Shown piece after piece: positions 27,858-36,526 of a stretch of DNA of 64,000 bases (its first letter is position 1; each line of letters begins with the position of its first letter). The notes beneath the pieces are model-generated. The model ran no database searches. It saw only the letters and a program-made list of their open reading frames with translations, and had not been told where the DNA came from. This DNA is from a virus: the IMG/VR virus record IMGVR_UViG_2695420886_000004; one strand, written 5' to 3'. The position numbers were made by a program, and so were the translations under genes.

Positions 27858-30800
27858 GGGCCGTCTGTGTCATCGTCCGCAATCCGCTCGATCCGCTGCG
27901 CTCGCGCGAGGTCGCGGTCCTGCGCCGCCGGGTGCGGATCCGGGCACTGGCACCGCGGGACGTGCCGGTCGTTGCGATCCTCAACGGGCGCCCGGTGCTG
28001 CGGGCCGGGTGGCGGCGCAAGCTGGCCGAAGGCGATCAGCTGGTCTTTGCCGTCCTGCCCGCGGGCGGCGGCGGCGGCTCGAACCCGCTGCGCACGCTGC
28101 TGATGATCGCGCTGGCGGCGTTTGCCATGCCTCTGAGCGGGATGATGTTCGGAGGCATCGGCGGGACAGTTTTGGGCGTGTCGGCGACACGTCTCGGAGC
28201 AATGGGCATCATGTTGCTGGGCGCGGTGGCGATCAACGCGCTGTTCCCGATCCCGCGGCCGTCGCAATTGCCGAGCCCGTCGCCGACCTATCAGCTCGAC
28301 GCCCAGGGCAACTATGCCCGCCTGGGCGCGCCGATCCCGGTGCAATACGGGCGGCTGCTCGCCTATCCGGATCTGGCGGCCCAGCCCTATACCGAGTTCG
28401 CGGGCAATGAGCAGTATCTGTATCAGCTGCTGTGCCTCGGCGCGGGCGACTACGACATCGAGGAGATCCGGATCAAGGACACCGCGATCGACGCCTTCGC
28501 CGAGATCGAGACCGAGATCATCCCGCCGGGCGGCACTGTCACGCTGTTTCCGACCGCCGTGGTGATGTCGGAGGAGGTCTCGGGCCAGGAGCTCGCAGGG
28601 TCCAGGGGCGGGACCTATGTCCGGTCCGGCACCACGATCACCGTGGCCGAGGCCGCCCATGGCCGGGCCTCCGGGCAGATGGTGATGCTGATGTTCCCCT
28701 ATCCGGCGCCCGCCGCGGGGGTGCGGACTGTGACACCGACCGGACCGGGCACGATCACCGTGACGGCGCCGGGCGGCACCGGGTCCGGCACCGTTACCGG
28801 CAGCTGGACGGACACCCGAGGCGATGTTGACGTCTACAGGACGTTCAGTGGCACCTGGGTCTGGTCCGGCACCACGATCACCATTACCGGACCGGCCGCC
28901 CCGGAAACGTCCATCGGACACCCCTTTCTCTCGGCTGGCAGCTTCGTGCCGCCGGTCGCCGCCGACGTCGATCTGACCTTCGTCAGCCTGACCGGGCCGA
29001 GCGAGGTGCTGCAGATCGCCGCGATGCCCGATGACAACAGCTTCACCGTCACCTCGTCCCTGTCGATCGGGACCTCTGGCAGCGTCATCATCCGCGACGT
29101 GCTGGGCGGGGCGGTCGGATTTGTCAGCGCCCCGGCCGACACGATCACGCGCCATATCGGCGTCGATCTCGTGCTTCCCTACGGCCTGTTCGCGGGGGCG
29201 AGCGGGTCGCTCGAAACCAAGAGCCTGACCGTCACCTTCGAGGCGCGTGCGATCGATGATCAGGGCCAGCCGCTCGGCGACTGGCAGGTGCTTGGCACGC
29301 GCACGATCACCGACCGCACCAACACGCCGATCCGGAGGTCCTACCGGTTCGCGGTGGCCCCCGGCCGCTATGCCGTGCGCGCTGTGCGCGACGACGCCAA
29401 ATCGACCAGCACCTCGGACGGGCATGTCGTGCTCTGGGCCGGGCTGCGGGCCTATCTGCGCCAGCCGCAGAATTTCGGGCCGGTGACGCTGATCGCCGTG
29501 CGGATGCGGGCCACCAACAACCTGTCGATGCAGGCGTCGCGGCAAATCGCGGTCTTGGCCACGCGCCGTCTGCCGGTCTGGACCGGCACCGGCTGGACCG
29601 CCCCCGTCGCCACGCGTTCGATCGCCTGGGCAATCGCGGACGCCGCCCGCAACGCCGATTACGGCCCCGGCATGGCCGATGCCGAGATCGATCTGGATGC
29701 GCTGCTGGATCTGGATGCGATCTGGGCCGCCCGTGAGGATTGCTTCGATGCGCGCTTTGACCAGCCCGGGACCTGGTGGGACCAGATCCAGAAAATCGCC
29801 CGGGCGGGCCGGGCCGCCTGTTTCGTGCAGGGCGGCGTGTTGCGCACGGTGCGCGACGGCCCGGCCTCTGTGCCGACGCTGCATTTTTCCGAGCGCAACA
29901 TCACCCGCGGGTCGTTCGCGGTGGACTATCTGATGCCCACCGCGGACACGGCGGACACGATCCTCGCGAGCTATTTCGACGCGACATCCTGGTCCGACCA
30001 GACGGTGCGGTGCCGGATCCCGGGCAGCCGCGCCCCAAAGGCGGCCAAGGTGCAGCTGTTCGGCGTCACCGGCCGCGATCAGGCCGTGCGCGACGGCACC
30101 TATCTTGCCGCCGCAAATCAGCGCCGTCGTCGCATCGTGCGCTTCGACGTCGAGCTGGAGGGCCGGATGCCGATGATCGGCGAGCTGATCTCGGTGCAGC
30201 ATTCCATGCCCGCCTGGGGCGCGCAGGCAGAGGTGCTGGACTGGGATCCGGCCGCGCGGCTGTTGACAGTGTCAGAGCCGATGACCTTTGCCCCGAGCGG
30301 CACCCATCATCTCGGTTTGCGGCGCCCCGACGGATCGCTTTGCGGTCCGATCGTCGTCACGGCCGGGCCGCGGCCCGAGCAGGTCGTCCTGGCCGAGGCG
30401 CCGGATTTCGAGATCGCGACCGGCACCGGGATGGAGCGCACGCGGATTTCCTTTGGCGTCGGCACCACATGGGCGGCGCTGGCCAAGGTTGCCGACATCA
30501 AGGCAAAATCCCTCACCGATTACACCCTTCAAGCGGTCGTTGAAGACCCGTCCGTGCATACCGCCGAAGATGGCACGGTAGCCCCGCCGGTGGTCTGGTC
30601 GCAGCTGCCGTCGCGGGCCACCCGGCCCGTCGTGCGCGGCCTGATCGGGCGCCGATCGACCGACAGCCTGACCAAGGCGGTCTTCGCCTGGCAACCCGCA
30701 GCGGGCGCCGAGAGCTATCAGATCGAGATGGCCGAGGGGGACGATCCGAGCGCGGGCGATGTCACCTGGACCCGTGTCGGCGACACCACCTCGACCGCCT

Positions 30801-30970
30801 ATGCCTGCGATATCCTTTATCCCAACCGCACGATGATCCGGGTCCGCGCGATCGGTCTGACCGCGGGTCCCTGGGTGACCACCACTCTGGGCGCCCTGAT
30901 CCCTGATTTCTGGCTGGCCGATGACGCGCCCTTCTGGCTCGGCGACGCCACCGCGTTCTGGAGCACCTGA
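27854..30970 (+). CDS. host-specificity central tail fibre (TipJ-like)
   Basis: 1038 aa; G.PIPVQYGR...PDLAAQP, RSIAWA..D, FN3-like C-terminus. Confidence 0.88.
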   Translation: MRAVCVIVRNPLDPLRSREVAVLRRRVRIRALAPRDVPVVAILNGRPVLRAGWRRKLAEGDQLVFAVLPAGGGGGSNPLRTLLMIALAAFAMPLSGMMFGGIGGTVLGVSATRLGAMGIMLLGAVAINALFPIPRPSQLPSPSPTYQLDAQGNYARLGAPIPVQYGRLLAYPDLAAQPYTEFAGNEQYLYQLLCLGAGDYDIEEIRIKDTAIDAFAEIETEIIPPGGTVTLFPTAVVMSEEVSGQELAGSRGGTYVRSGTTITVAEAAHGRASGQMVMLMFPYPAPAAGVRTVTPTGPGTITVTAPGGTGSGTVTGSWTDTRGDVDVYRTFSGTWVWSGTTITITGPAAPETSIGHPFLSAGSFVPPVAADVDLTFVSLTGPSEVLQIAAMPDDNSFTVTSSLSIGTSGSVIIRDVLGGAVGFVSAPADTITRHIGVDLVLPYGLFAGASGSLETKSLTVTFEARAIDDQGQPLGDWQVLGTRTITDRTNTPIRRSYRFAVAPGRYAVRAVRDDAKSTSTSDGHVVLWAGLRAYLRQPQNFGPVTLIAVRMRATNNLSMQASRQIAVLATRRLPVWTGTGWTAPVATRSIAWAIADAARNADYGPGMADAEIDLDALLDLDAIWAAREDCFDARFDQPGTWWDQIQKIARAGRAACFVQGGVLRTVRDGPASVPTLHFSERNITRGSFAVDYLMPTADTADTILASYFDATSWSDQTVRCRIPGSRAPKAAKVQLFGVTGRDQAVRDGTYLAAANQRRRRIVRFDVELEGRMPMIGELISVQHSMPAWGAQAEVLDWDPAARLLTVSEPMTFAPSGTHHLGLRRPDGSLCGPIVVTAGPRPEQVVLAEAPDFEIATGTGMERTRISFGVGTTWAALAKVADIKAKSLTDYTLQAVVEDPSVHTAEDGTVAPPVVWSQLPSRATRPVVRGLIGRRSTDSLTKAVFAWQPAAGAESYQIEMAEGDDPSAGDVTWTRVGDTTSTAYACDILYPNRTMIRVRAIGLTAGPWVTTTLGALIPDFWLADDAPFWLGDATAFWST

Positions 30971-30971
30971 C

Positions 30972-32318
30972 ATGGCGACACCGCTGCCGAGCACCGCAAC
31001 CCTGACCACCCCGCCGTCCAGCCACGCGGCGATGCGGACCAACCTGGCCAATCTGCGCGCGTATCTGGCCGGGCTGCTGGGCGCCGATGGCGAGACGGCG
31101 ACAGCGCTTGCAACGCTGGGCGCGCCGATGGCGCGCTATCGCACCGAAGCGGCCGCCACGACGGTCGCCGTCACCGATCGCGGCACGTTCTTCAGCTGCA
31201 CCGGGATCTGGGCGCTGACATTGCCAAGCGCCGCGGCCGCCGGCGCGGGCTGGTGCATCGTCGTCGCGGCCTCCGGGGGGGCCAGTATTACCCTGACGCC
31301 CGCCGGGTCGGACCTGATCGCCGGGCTGGCGGCCTATGACATCAACGCGCAACGCGCGGTCATCGTGATCTGCACCGGCACCGGGTGGCGGATTCTGCGC
31401 TTCCTGCCTCAGACGCTCGCCGCAAAAACGATCCTGGGCAACAACGCCGCATCGGCGGGCGAGGCCAGGGAGCTGACCGCCGCGGATGTGCTGGCGATGC
31501 TGCCGGTCGTTACTGCGCTTGGCGCGGGGCTGGCTCCCGCCACGGGTGGGGTCGCGGGGGCGTTCCTGCGCTCTGACGGCACCTGGACTGCTGACAATCT
31601 GGTGCTGATGGATGCGACCCAGACCATCGCTGGCACCAAGCGGTTTTCGCCCCTCGGCGCGTTCGTTCTGCAGCCCCGCGCGGCCGATCCCGCGTCACCC
31701 GAGTCGGGGCAGCTCTGGCAGGACGGGACGCACCTCAAGGCCTACATCAACGGGGCGGTGCGGGTGCTGGACGGGCAGGCAGACATCCCGATGCTGGTGC
31801 CTCCTGCCGGTCAATATGTGATGACGACGCTGGGCGCGGGCGGCACCGCGCTGGAGGTCGCGGCCGGGATCGCCAATTCGATCGACCTTTATCCTTATGT
31901 GCCGCGCGCCGATCTGGCGGTGGCCGCGCTCGCGGTCAATTGCGTGACGGCCGTGGCGGGGGCGCAGGGCAAGTTCGTCGTGTATTGGTCCGACGCAAAC
32001 GGGCAACCGGCGGCCTTGGCGGTCGAGAGCGGGACCGTCGATCTGTCGAGTACCGGCGTCAAGGAGGCGGTGATGACCGGCCTCAACCTGCGTGCCGGGG
32101 CCACTTATTGGCTCGGATTCAGGCACTCGTCCACCGCATCGATCTCCAGGTGGCCCGTGACGGCTACGCCCTGCATCAACGGCGGCGCGCCGTCCACTGC
32201 TGCCCGCAAGATCCTGCGCCGCACGAGGACATTCGGCACGGCTGCAGCAAGCACCTGGGGCTTCAACGCAGCCGAGATCAATGCTGCGTCCGCCCCCGCG
32301 ATCTGGCTCAAACTGTAA
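30972..32318 (+). CDS. tail fibre protein
   Basis: After TipJ; Ala/Gly/Thr-rich; beta-rich C-terminal domain. Confidence 0.72.
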   Translation: MATPLPSTATLTTPPSSHAAMRTNLANLRAYLAGLLGADGETATALATLGAPMARYRTEAAATTVAVTDRGTFFSCTGIWALTLPSAAAAGAGWCIVVAASGGASITLTPAGSDLIAGLAAYDINAQRAVIVICTGTGWRILRFLPQTLAAKTILGNNAASAGEARELTAADVLAMLPVVTALGAGLAPATGGVAGAFLRSDGTWTADNLVLMDATQTIAGTKRFSPLGAFVLQPRAADPASPESGQLWQDGTHLKAYINGAVRVLDGQADIPMLVPPAGQYVMTTLGAGGTALEVAAGIANSIDLYPYVPRADLAVAALAVNCVTAVAGAQGKFVVYWSDANGQPAALAVESGTVDLSSTGVKEAVMTGLNLRAGATYWLGFRHSSTASISRWPVTATPCINGGAPSTAARKILRRTRTFGTAAASTWGFNAAEINAASAPAIWLKL

Positions 32319-32327
32319 AGGTGTAAG

Positions 32328-32591
32328 ATGAGCGATCTGATCTATGACATTCCCGATCTGACCGGCCCGGCCCTGTCCTCGTTTGCGGTCACCCCCAATG
32401 ATGCGGCGGACCTGCCCGCGCCCGTGCGCGCCTTGACGATCGGCGAGCGGGGCGGCGTCGTCAAATATACCGCCGCGCGCGGCGGCGCCGTTTGCACCAC
32501 CGGCTATCTGCCGGTCGGGCAATACCCGATCTGGGCCAGCCGCATCTGGGCGACCGGCACCACGGCCGAGGGGATGACGGGGTGGGTCTGA
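32328..32591 (+). CDS. ghsA: GTA head-spike base-like protein (GhsA/Rcc01079-like)
   Basis: 87 aa, P...F.VTP.D..DL....RAL...GG...RIWATGTTA...GW pattern recalled for the RcGTA spike base; TGATG-coupled to fibre gene. Confidence 0.72.
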   Translation: MSDLIYDIPDLTGPALSSFAVTPNDAADLPAPVRALTIGERGGVVKYTAARGGAVCTTGYLPVGQYPIWASRIWATGTTAEGMTGWV

Positions 32592-33568
32592 TGACGGGGC
32601 TTCCGGGGTGCGGGATGGGCGGCGGCGGCGTGGCACCGCTTGCAGGCTATGCCGTGGGCGGGGTCATGCCCGTGCTGCTGCATGATTTTGTGGCGGGTCT
32701 CACCCTCGGGTCGCCTTGGGCCCTGACGCGGGCCAGCCCGGCGACCTATGTGGGTGCCGACGGGCTGATCAGGTCTGCCCCCGCCGATCAGCCCCGCTAT
32801 GATTACAGCACCGGTAAGCGGGCGCTTCTGCTTGAGGCATCCGCGACCAACCTGCTGCCCAACAGCGCGCAGTTCGATGCCGCGTCCTGGGGGAAAACCC
32901 GGGCCAGCGTGCTGGCAAATGCCGCGCTGGCCCCGGATGGCACCATGACGGCCGACAAGCTTGTCGAAGACACCAGCAACAACAGCCATTTCGTCGCCCG
33001 CACCGGAACGCAGATCGCGGCGGGGACCTCCGTGACCGCCTCGATCTTCGTCAAGGCGGCCGAGCGTCGGTGGTTTGCCCTGGTCACCGCCGACAGCGCG
33101 AATGCCTTCCGCACCAGCTATTTCGACCTGCAGACGGGGACGCTCGGGGTGGTGTCGCAGGGCGCGGCGGGGCATGTGGCGCAGATCGTGGCGGCGGGGA
33201 ACGGCTGGTATCGCTGCAGCGTGACGCAGACGCAGGCGGCAAGCGGCAATTTCAACGTCTATCCGAGCGTCGTCAGCGCGAATGGCGCGACCTCTTACCC
33301 GGGGGATGGCGCCTCCGGGCTTTACCTGTGGGGGGCGCAGCTGGAGACCGGCGCCGCGGTCAGTTCGGTCATTCCGACCGAGGCCGCGGCGGTGACCCGG
33401 GCGGCGGATCTGGCCAGCGTGGCGGTGGCGGCGGGAAGCTATGATCTCCGCCGCATCGACGCCGCAGGAACGACCGTCACCAAAGGCGTCGCGCATCCTG
33501 GCGGGGCGCTGACGATCGGCGCCGGAAGCCTCTACCTGCTCAGCCTTTATCCGGCCGGAGCGCTCTGA
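32591..33568 (+). CDS. ghsB: GTA head-spike fibre-like protein (GhsB/Rcc01080-like)
   Basis: 325 aa; PRYDYSTGKRALLLEASATNLLPNS...LSLYPAGAL matches the recalled RcGTA fibre; near-identical to 48402..49397. Confidence 0.82.
   Translation: MTGLPGCGMGGGGVAPLAGYAVGGVMPVLLHDFVAGLTLGSPWALTRASPATYVGADGLIRSAPADQPRYDYSTGKRALLLEASATNLLPNSAQFDAASWGKTRASVLANAALAPDGTMTADKLVEDTSNNSHFVARTGTQIAAGTSVTASIFVKAAERRWFALVTADSANAFRTSYFDLQTGTLGVVSQGAAGHVAQIVAAGNGWYRCSVTQTQAASGNFNVYPSVVSANGATSYPGDGASGLYLWGAQLETGAAVSSVIPTEAAAVTRAADLASVAVAAGSYDLRRIDAAGTTVTKGVAHPGGALTIGAGSLYLLSLYPAGAL
32841..33453 (+). repeat. shared spike-domain segment, copy 1
   Basis: About 20 substitutions and one 3-bp indel versus 48664..49279 (manual count). 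Confidence 0.95.
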
Positions 33569-33613
33569 CCGGATCGACCGGGGCTTTGCCACGGCAGAGG
33601 CGGTCATGTAGCG

Positions 33614-33656
33614 CGACAAAAATACCCGGGACAAAACGACAAAAATACCCGGGACA
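33614..33656. repeat. tandem 20-bp direct repeat, candidate transposase-binding sites at a prophage end
   Basis: CGACAAAAATACCCGGGACA at 33614..33633 and 33637..33656 (23-bp period), 7 bp inside TG at 33607. Confidence 0.75.
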
Positions 33657-33701
33657 CAGCGTGACCAGAGAAAGAGGGTAGCTATGCGCTGAGAGCAACG
33701 C

Positions 33702-34196
33702 TCAATGTGCTTTGAGCTTAACCGCAGTGCCGCTAGCAACCAGAAAAAGCATGCTTTTCCCGCCCCCTGATATCTCGGAATAATCAAGATCAATCGCCAC
33801 AACCGCGTCGGCCCCCATGGTCAGCGCCTGCTCTCTCAGCTCCGTTAGGGCTGCTTCTTTCGCTTCCTTCAGCCCACGCTGCATGGTTTGGGATCGACCT
33901 CCAAAGAAGTCGCGGGCCGACGACGCAATGTCCCTGAAAACGTTGAGGCCGACCACATACTCGGCAGCGATCACTCCGATCCTTGTCTCGACACCAAGAT
34001 CTGATGACGACTCGGTCGTGAGCATGATTTTTGCCAGACAAGCCCCGTGAGCTTCGCTTGCAGCTCGCTCCGCCTCATCAGCCGCTGCCTTCTCGGCAGC
34101 CTCAAGCTGTCGTTTCAATGCATGACAATCGGGGCACAAACCCTCGAACAAGTCGAACCGTGAAACTTTCTCACCGCATTTCGCGCAGTTTGCCAT
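33702..34196 (-). CDS. YbjQ/UPF0145 family protein with N-terminal Zn ribbon
   Basis: CAKC...CPDC, then [11 protein letters not shown]...FFGGRS...[12 protein letters not shown]...GTAV. Confidence 0.85.
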   Translation of the reverse strand: MANCAKCGEKVSRFDLFEGLCPDCHALKRQLEAAEKAAADEAERAASEAHGACLAKIMLTTESSSDLGVETRIGVIAAEYVVGLNVFRDIASSARDFFGGRSQTMQRGLKEAKEAALTELREQALTMGADAVVAIDLDYSEISGGGKSMLFLVASGTAVKLKAH

Positions 34197-34200
34197 CCCA

Positions 34201-34884
34201 CTACTCCGTGCTTGTGTGGCCCCACCAAAGAACTCTTCCGATGATCCGCATGGAGCTGATCGTCGCCAATCTCTTGAACTCTGTCTTGAACTCCGGGTTG
34301 TCTGACATCACCGCGAAGAAGTCCGTGTCAACAAGCTCGATGCGCTTCACACGCGCAACCCCATCCTCGACGAAAGCGTAGATCGGCGGCGCTCGCCGAG
34401 AGGACTTGGAGCGCGCCAAAACGTCCGTTTTTGACGTGTCGATTAAGATCATGTCGCCATCCGACAACGTGGGCGCCATGCTGTCACCGTGTACCCGCGC
34501 AACCCTGGCCCTAGATGCCGAGATGCCAAGCCTCTTTAGCCAATCGCGCCTAAACGCCAGCGCTCCAACAACGACATCGTCGCCATTCACGTAGCCGTTC
34601 CCAGCGGACAACGTAGCTTCGTGCAGCGGGATCTTCGCAAAATCATCGTCTTTTGGCGGAAGGATATTGACCGGCTGGTAGTCTCTAGGCGGGCCGAAAT
34701 ACAACTCCAAGCCAAGCGCGTCAGCTATCTTGGCGGCTTTGTCGATGTTCGGAACGGCCCGCTTCTCATCCTCGCGGACCACACCGCGGATGTAGCCCTG
34801 TGGCAAACCAGCTCTTGCCTCCGCCTGATTCACGTTCAGGCCAAGCTCAGCTAGTCGGGCAAGAACAACGTCAGCAAACGCCAT
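34201..34884 (-). CDS. CI-type repressor (HTH plus S24 autopeptidase)
   Basis: N-terminal HTH, SAG cleavage site, GDSMAPTL (Ser), VKRI (Lys). Confidence 0.92.
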   Translation of the reverse strand: MAFADVVLARLAELGLNVNQAEARAGLPQGYIRGVVREDEKRAVPNIDKAAKIADALGLELYFGPPRDYQPVNILPPKDDDFAKIPLHEATLSAGNGYVNGDDVVVGALAFRRDWLKRLGISASRARVARVHGDSMAPTLSDGDMILIDTSKTDVLARSKSSRRAPPIYAFVEDGVARVKRIELVDTDFFAVMSDNPEFKTEFKRLATISSMRIIGRVLWWGHTSTE

Positions 34885-34903
34885 TTTCTCTCCAAGTCAG
34901 AGA

Positions 34904-34976
34904 TTGGGATAATGCCCAACTTTTTCAGCGTTGACAATTGGGCAATGTCCAACTTAGTATATTGGGCAATAGCCAA
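34904..34976. promoter_or_regulatory. divergent cI/cro control region with three operators
   Basis: TTGGGATAATGCCCAA (34904), TTGGGCAATGTCCAA (34938), TTGGGCAATAGCCAA (34962); TTGACA at 34931, TAGTAT at 34955. Confidence 0.8.
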
Positions 34977-34987
34977 ACACTGAGGCA

Positions 34988-35251
34988 ATGATGCAGCCCC
35001 ACGACTTGATGACCTTAGCTGACCGTTACACCGGACATGTCGGGATCAAACTTTCGACGGTCGGCGTTTACTCGGCGAACGACGGCAAGTTCTTCTTGCG
35101 GTTGGGCGAAGGTTTCGACTGCCGCACCAAGACCGCACAGAAAGTTGCAAACTGGTTCTCGACCAACTGGCCCACCGACCTTGAGTGGCCGCGCGACATC
35201 CCGCGGCCGACGCCCACGACGGATGCCTCCCGCAAGCGGAGGGCCGCGTGA
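34988..35251 (+). CDS. Cro/Ner-equivalent small DNA-binding protein
   Basis: Divergent from CI; DGKFF.RL..G.D...WFS.NWP.DL.WP. Confidence 0.78.
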   Translation: MMQPHDLMTLADRYTGHVGIKLSTVGVYSANDGKFFLRLGEGFDCRTKTAQKVANWFSTNWPTDLEWPRDIPRPTPTTDASRKRRAA

Positions 35252-35268
35252 TGGAGGTAGGGCAACCC

Positions 35269-35778
35269 CTAGATGAACCCGTCGAAATCGGGACGCCGAA
35301 CCCGGCCGACCAAAATCCCGCTTCCTTGCCCGTCTGGCTTGAAAAACTTGCCACCGCAAACGTGGCAACCAAGCGTGTTGCGCGCGACGGGCTGAAGGAT
35401 CGATTTGACCTGCTTCTGATAGCAGGTTGCGCATATGCAATGCGGGGGCTCGGTCTGAGCGTGTTCGGGCTTCAGTTCGTACACCAACGCGCCCTGTTCG
35501 GTTTTGGTGAGGGCATAGCGAACCGCATCGGCCTCAAACTTCTCGACGCGGCGCTGTTCCTGCTCGAGATCTCGAATGGTGCCATGCATCGCTATCTGGG
35601 CCGTTTGAAGGCTGATCAGACGATCGAGCAGGTCCGAGATCAGCTGTTTCGTCGCGGTGGCATCGACCTCGGGCTTATCGAACAAAGCCTTCAGGCTCTG
35701 CGCAGTTTCCGTCGCGCTCTTGGTGAGGCCCAGCGTGCTGGTGCCAACGGCAACGAGGGCGGAAATGGTCTCTAACAT
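35269..35778 (-). CDS. coiled-coil plus Zn-ribbon hypothetical protein
   Basis: YELK...PPHCICATCY...KSILQ...CHVC; opposite strand to early operon. Confidence 0.7.
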   Translation of the reverse strand: MLETISALVAVGTSTLGLTKSATETAQSLKALFDKPEVDATATKQLISDLLDRLISLQTAQIAMHGTIRDLEQEQRRVEKFEADAVRYALTKTEQGALVYELKPEHAQTEPPHCICATCYQKQVKSILQPVARNTLGCHVCGGKFFKPDGQGSGILVGRVRRPDFDGFI

Positions 35779-35938
35779 CGGAACAGTCCTTGAGTTGGGG
35801 TTCTTGAGCTCAGGGGCTCAGGTGGCGAGGGGTGCTCGTTACACCCTTCGTCACCGCCATTCTGCCGACTTTGCGCGGCGCTTCCATCCGCAACGGTTTG
35901 CGGGTGTTTCCCGAAAATCAACCGGAAGGAGCAGCGGC

Positions 35939-36070
35939 ATGACCCTGTTTCGGACCATCGCGGCGGCCGCGCGGCGGCTGGAAGAGAGCTGGGTCGGTGA
36001 TCTGCTCGGGGCGGTGAGCCTCTTTGTGACCGGCTATCTGCTGATCCTTTTCGCGGGGGTGCTGCAATGA
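35939..36070 (+). CDS. small membrane peptide (WVGDxLGA motif)
   Basis: SD AGGAG; similar to 292..525. Confidence 0.6.
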   Translation: MTLFRTIAAAARRLEESWVGDLLGAVSLFVTGYLLILFAGVLQ

Positions 36071-36177
36071 ACGACCGCGATCCCCGCTTGCCTCCCGGTT
36101 GGTGGCTGCTGCCCGCAGCCATCGTCAGCGCCCTGATGTGGGCCGCCTTTTTCAACGCCCTCGCGGGCCATTTCTGA
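36067..36177 (+). CDS. 36-aa membrane peptide (PGWW motif)
   Basis: MNDRDPRLPPGWWLLPAAIVSALMW; similar to 137..292. Confidence 0.55.
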   Translation: MNDRDPRLPPGWWLLPAAIVSALMWAAFFNALAGHF

Positions 36178-36187
36178 GGAGACCGAG

Positions 36188-36466
36188 ATGAAAGACCATC
36201 CGCAAAGCCCGCCGCCCGCCAATACGATCAATCCGAGCACGCTCTGGCGCCGGTCCATCGAGAACCTGCGCGAGGCACGGCGTCAGGCGCCGATCATGAT
36301 GGATTTCGAGGGTCGTGACGGCCGGACGCGGGATGCCGCGGCCGAGGCCTATGTCACCGCGGCCGAGGCCCTGGTGATCGATCTCGGGACGCTGCTCGAA
36401 CTTGGGCAGCTCGAAGCGGTCGAGGAGTGCATGACCCTCGGCGGCTCCTGGCGCATCCCCGCCTGA
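36188..36466 (+). CDS. hypothetical early protein
   Basis: 92 aa, SD GAGGAG. Confidence 0.6.
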   Translation: MKDHPQSPPPANTINPSTLWRRSIENLREARRQAPIMMDFEGRDGRTRDAAAEAYVTAAEALVIDLGTLLELGQLEAVEECMTLGGSWRIPA

Positions 36467-36526
36467 TCCTTTCCTTCCCGAGCTGAGCCCTTCCTTCGCG
36501 AGACCTTCAAGCATCGTTGAACGATC

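Larger units (their letters stand above)
1..33606 (+). mobile_element. Mu-like transposable prophage A (left end outside window; right boundary approximate)
   Basis: MuA DDE transposase plus MuB ATPase, Mu-order late genes (DUF3486, terminase, DUF935 portal, MuF, G, I, capsid, gp36) and a non-contractile tail module, all on + strand. Confidence 0.92.

Noticed and set aside
32588-32594. CTGATGA hammerhead core in phage A
   Set aside because: It is the TGATG gene junction; no GAAA or stems around it
32328-33568. Host chromosomal ghsAB locus rather than phage genes
   Set aside because: Starts 9 bp after the tail fibre stop on the same strand, and a second copy sits deep in phage B's late operon; flanking synteny would settle it
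27854-33568. Invertible tail segment or diversity-generating retroelement
   Set aside because: No invertase, reverse transcriptase, inverted crossover sites or template repeat found
33614-33656. Possible mini-CRISPR array
   Set aside because: Only two repeats separated by 3 bp; no spacers and no cas genes
35185-35775. + strand 196-aa ORF
   Set aside because: Fully overlaps the - strand gene, which has the conserved Cys pattern
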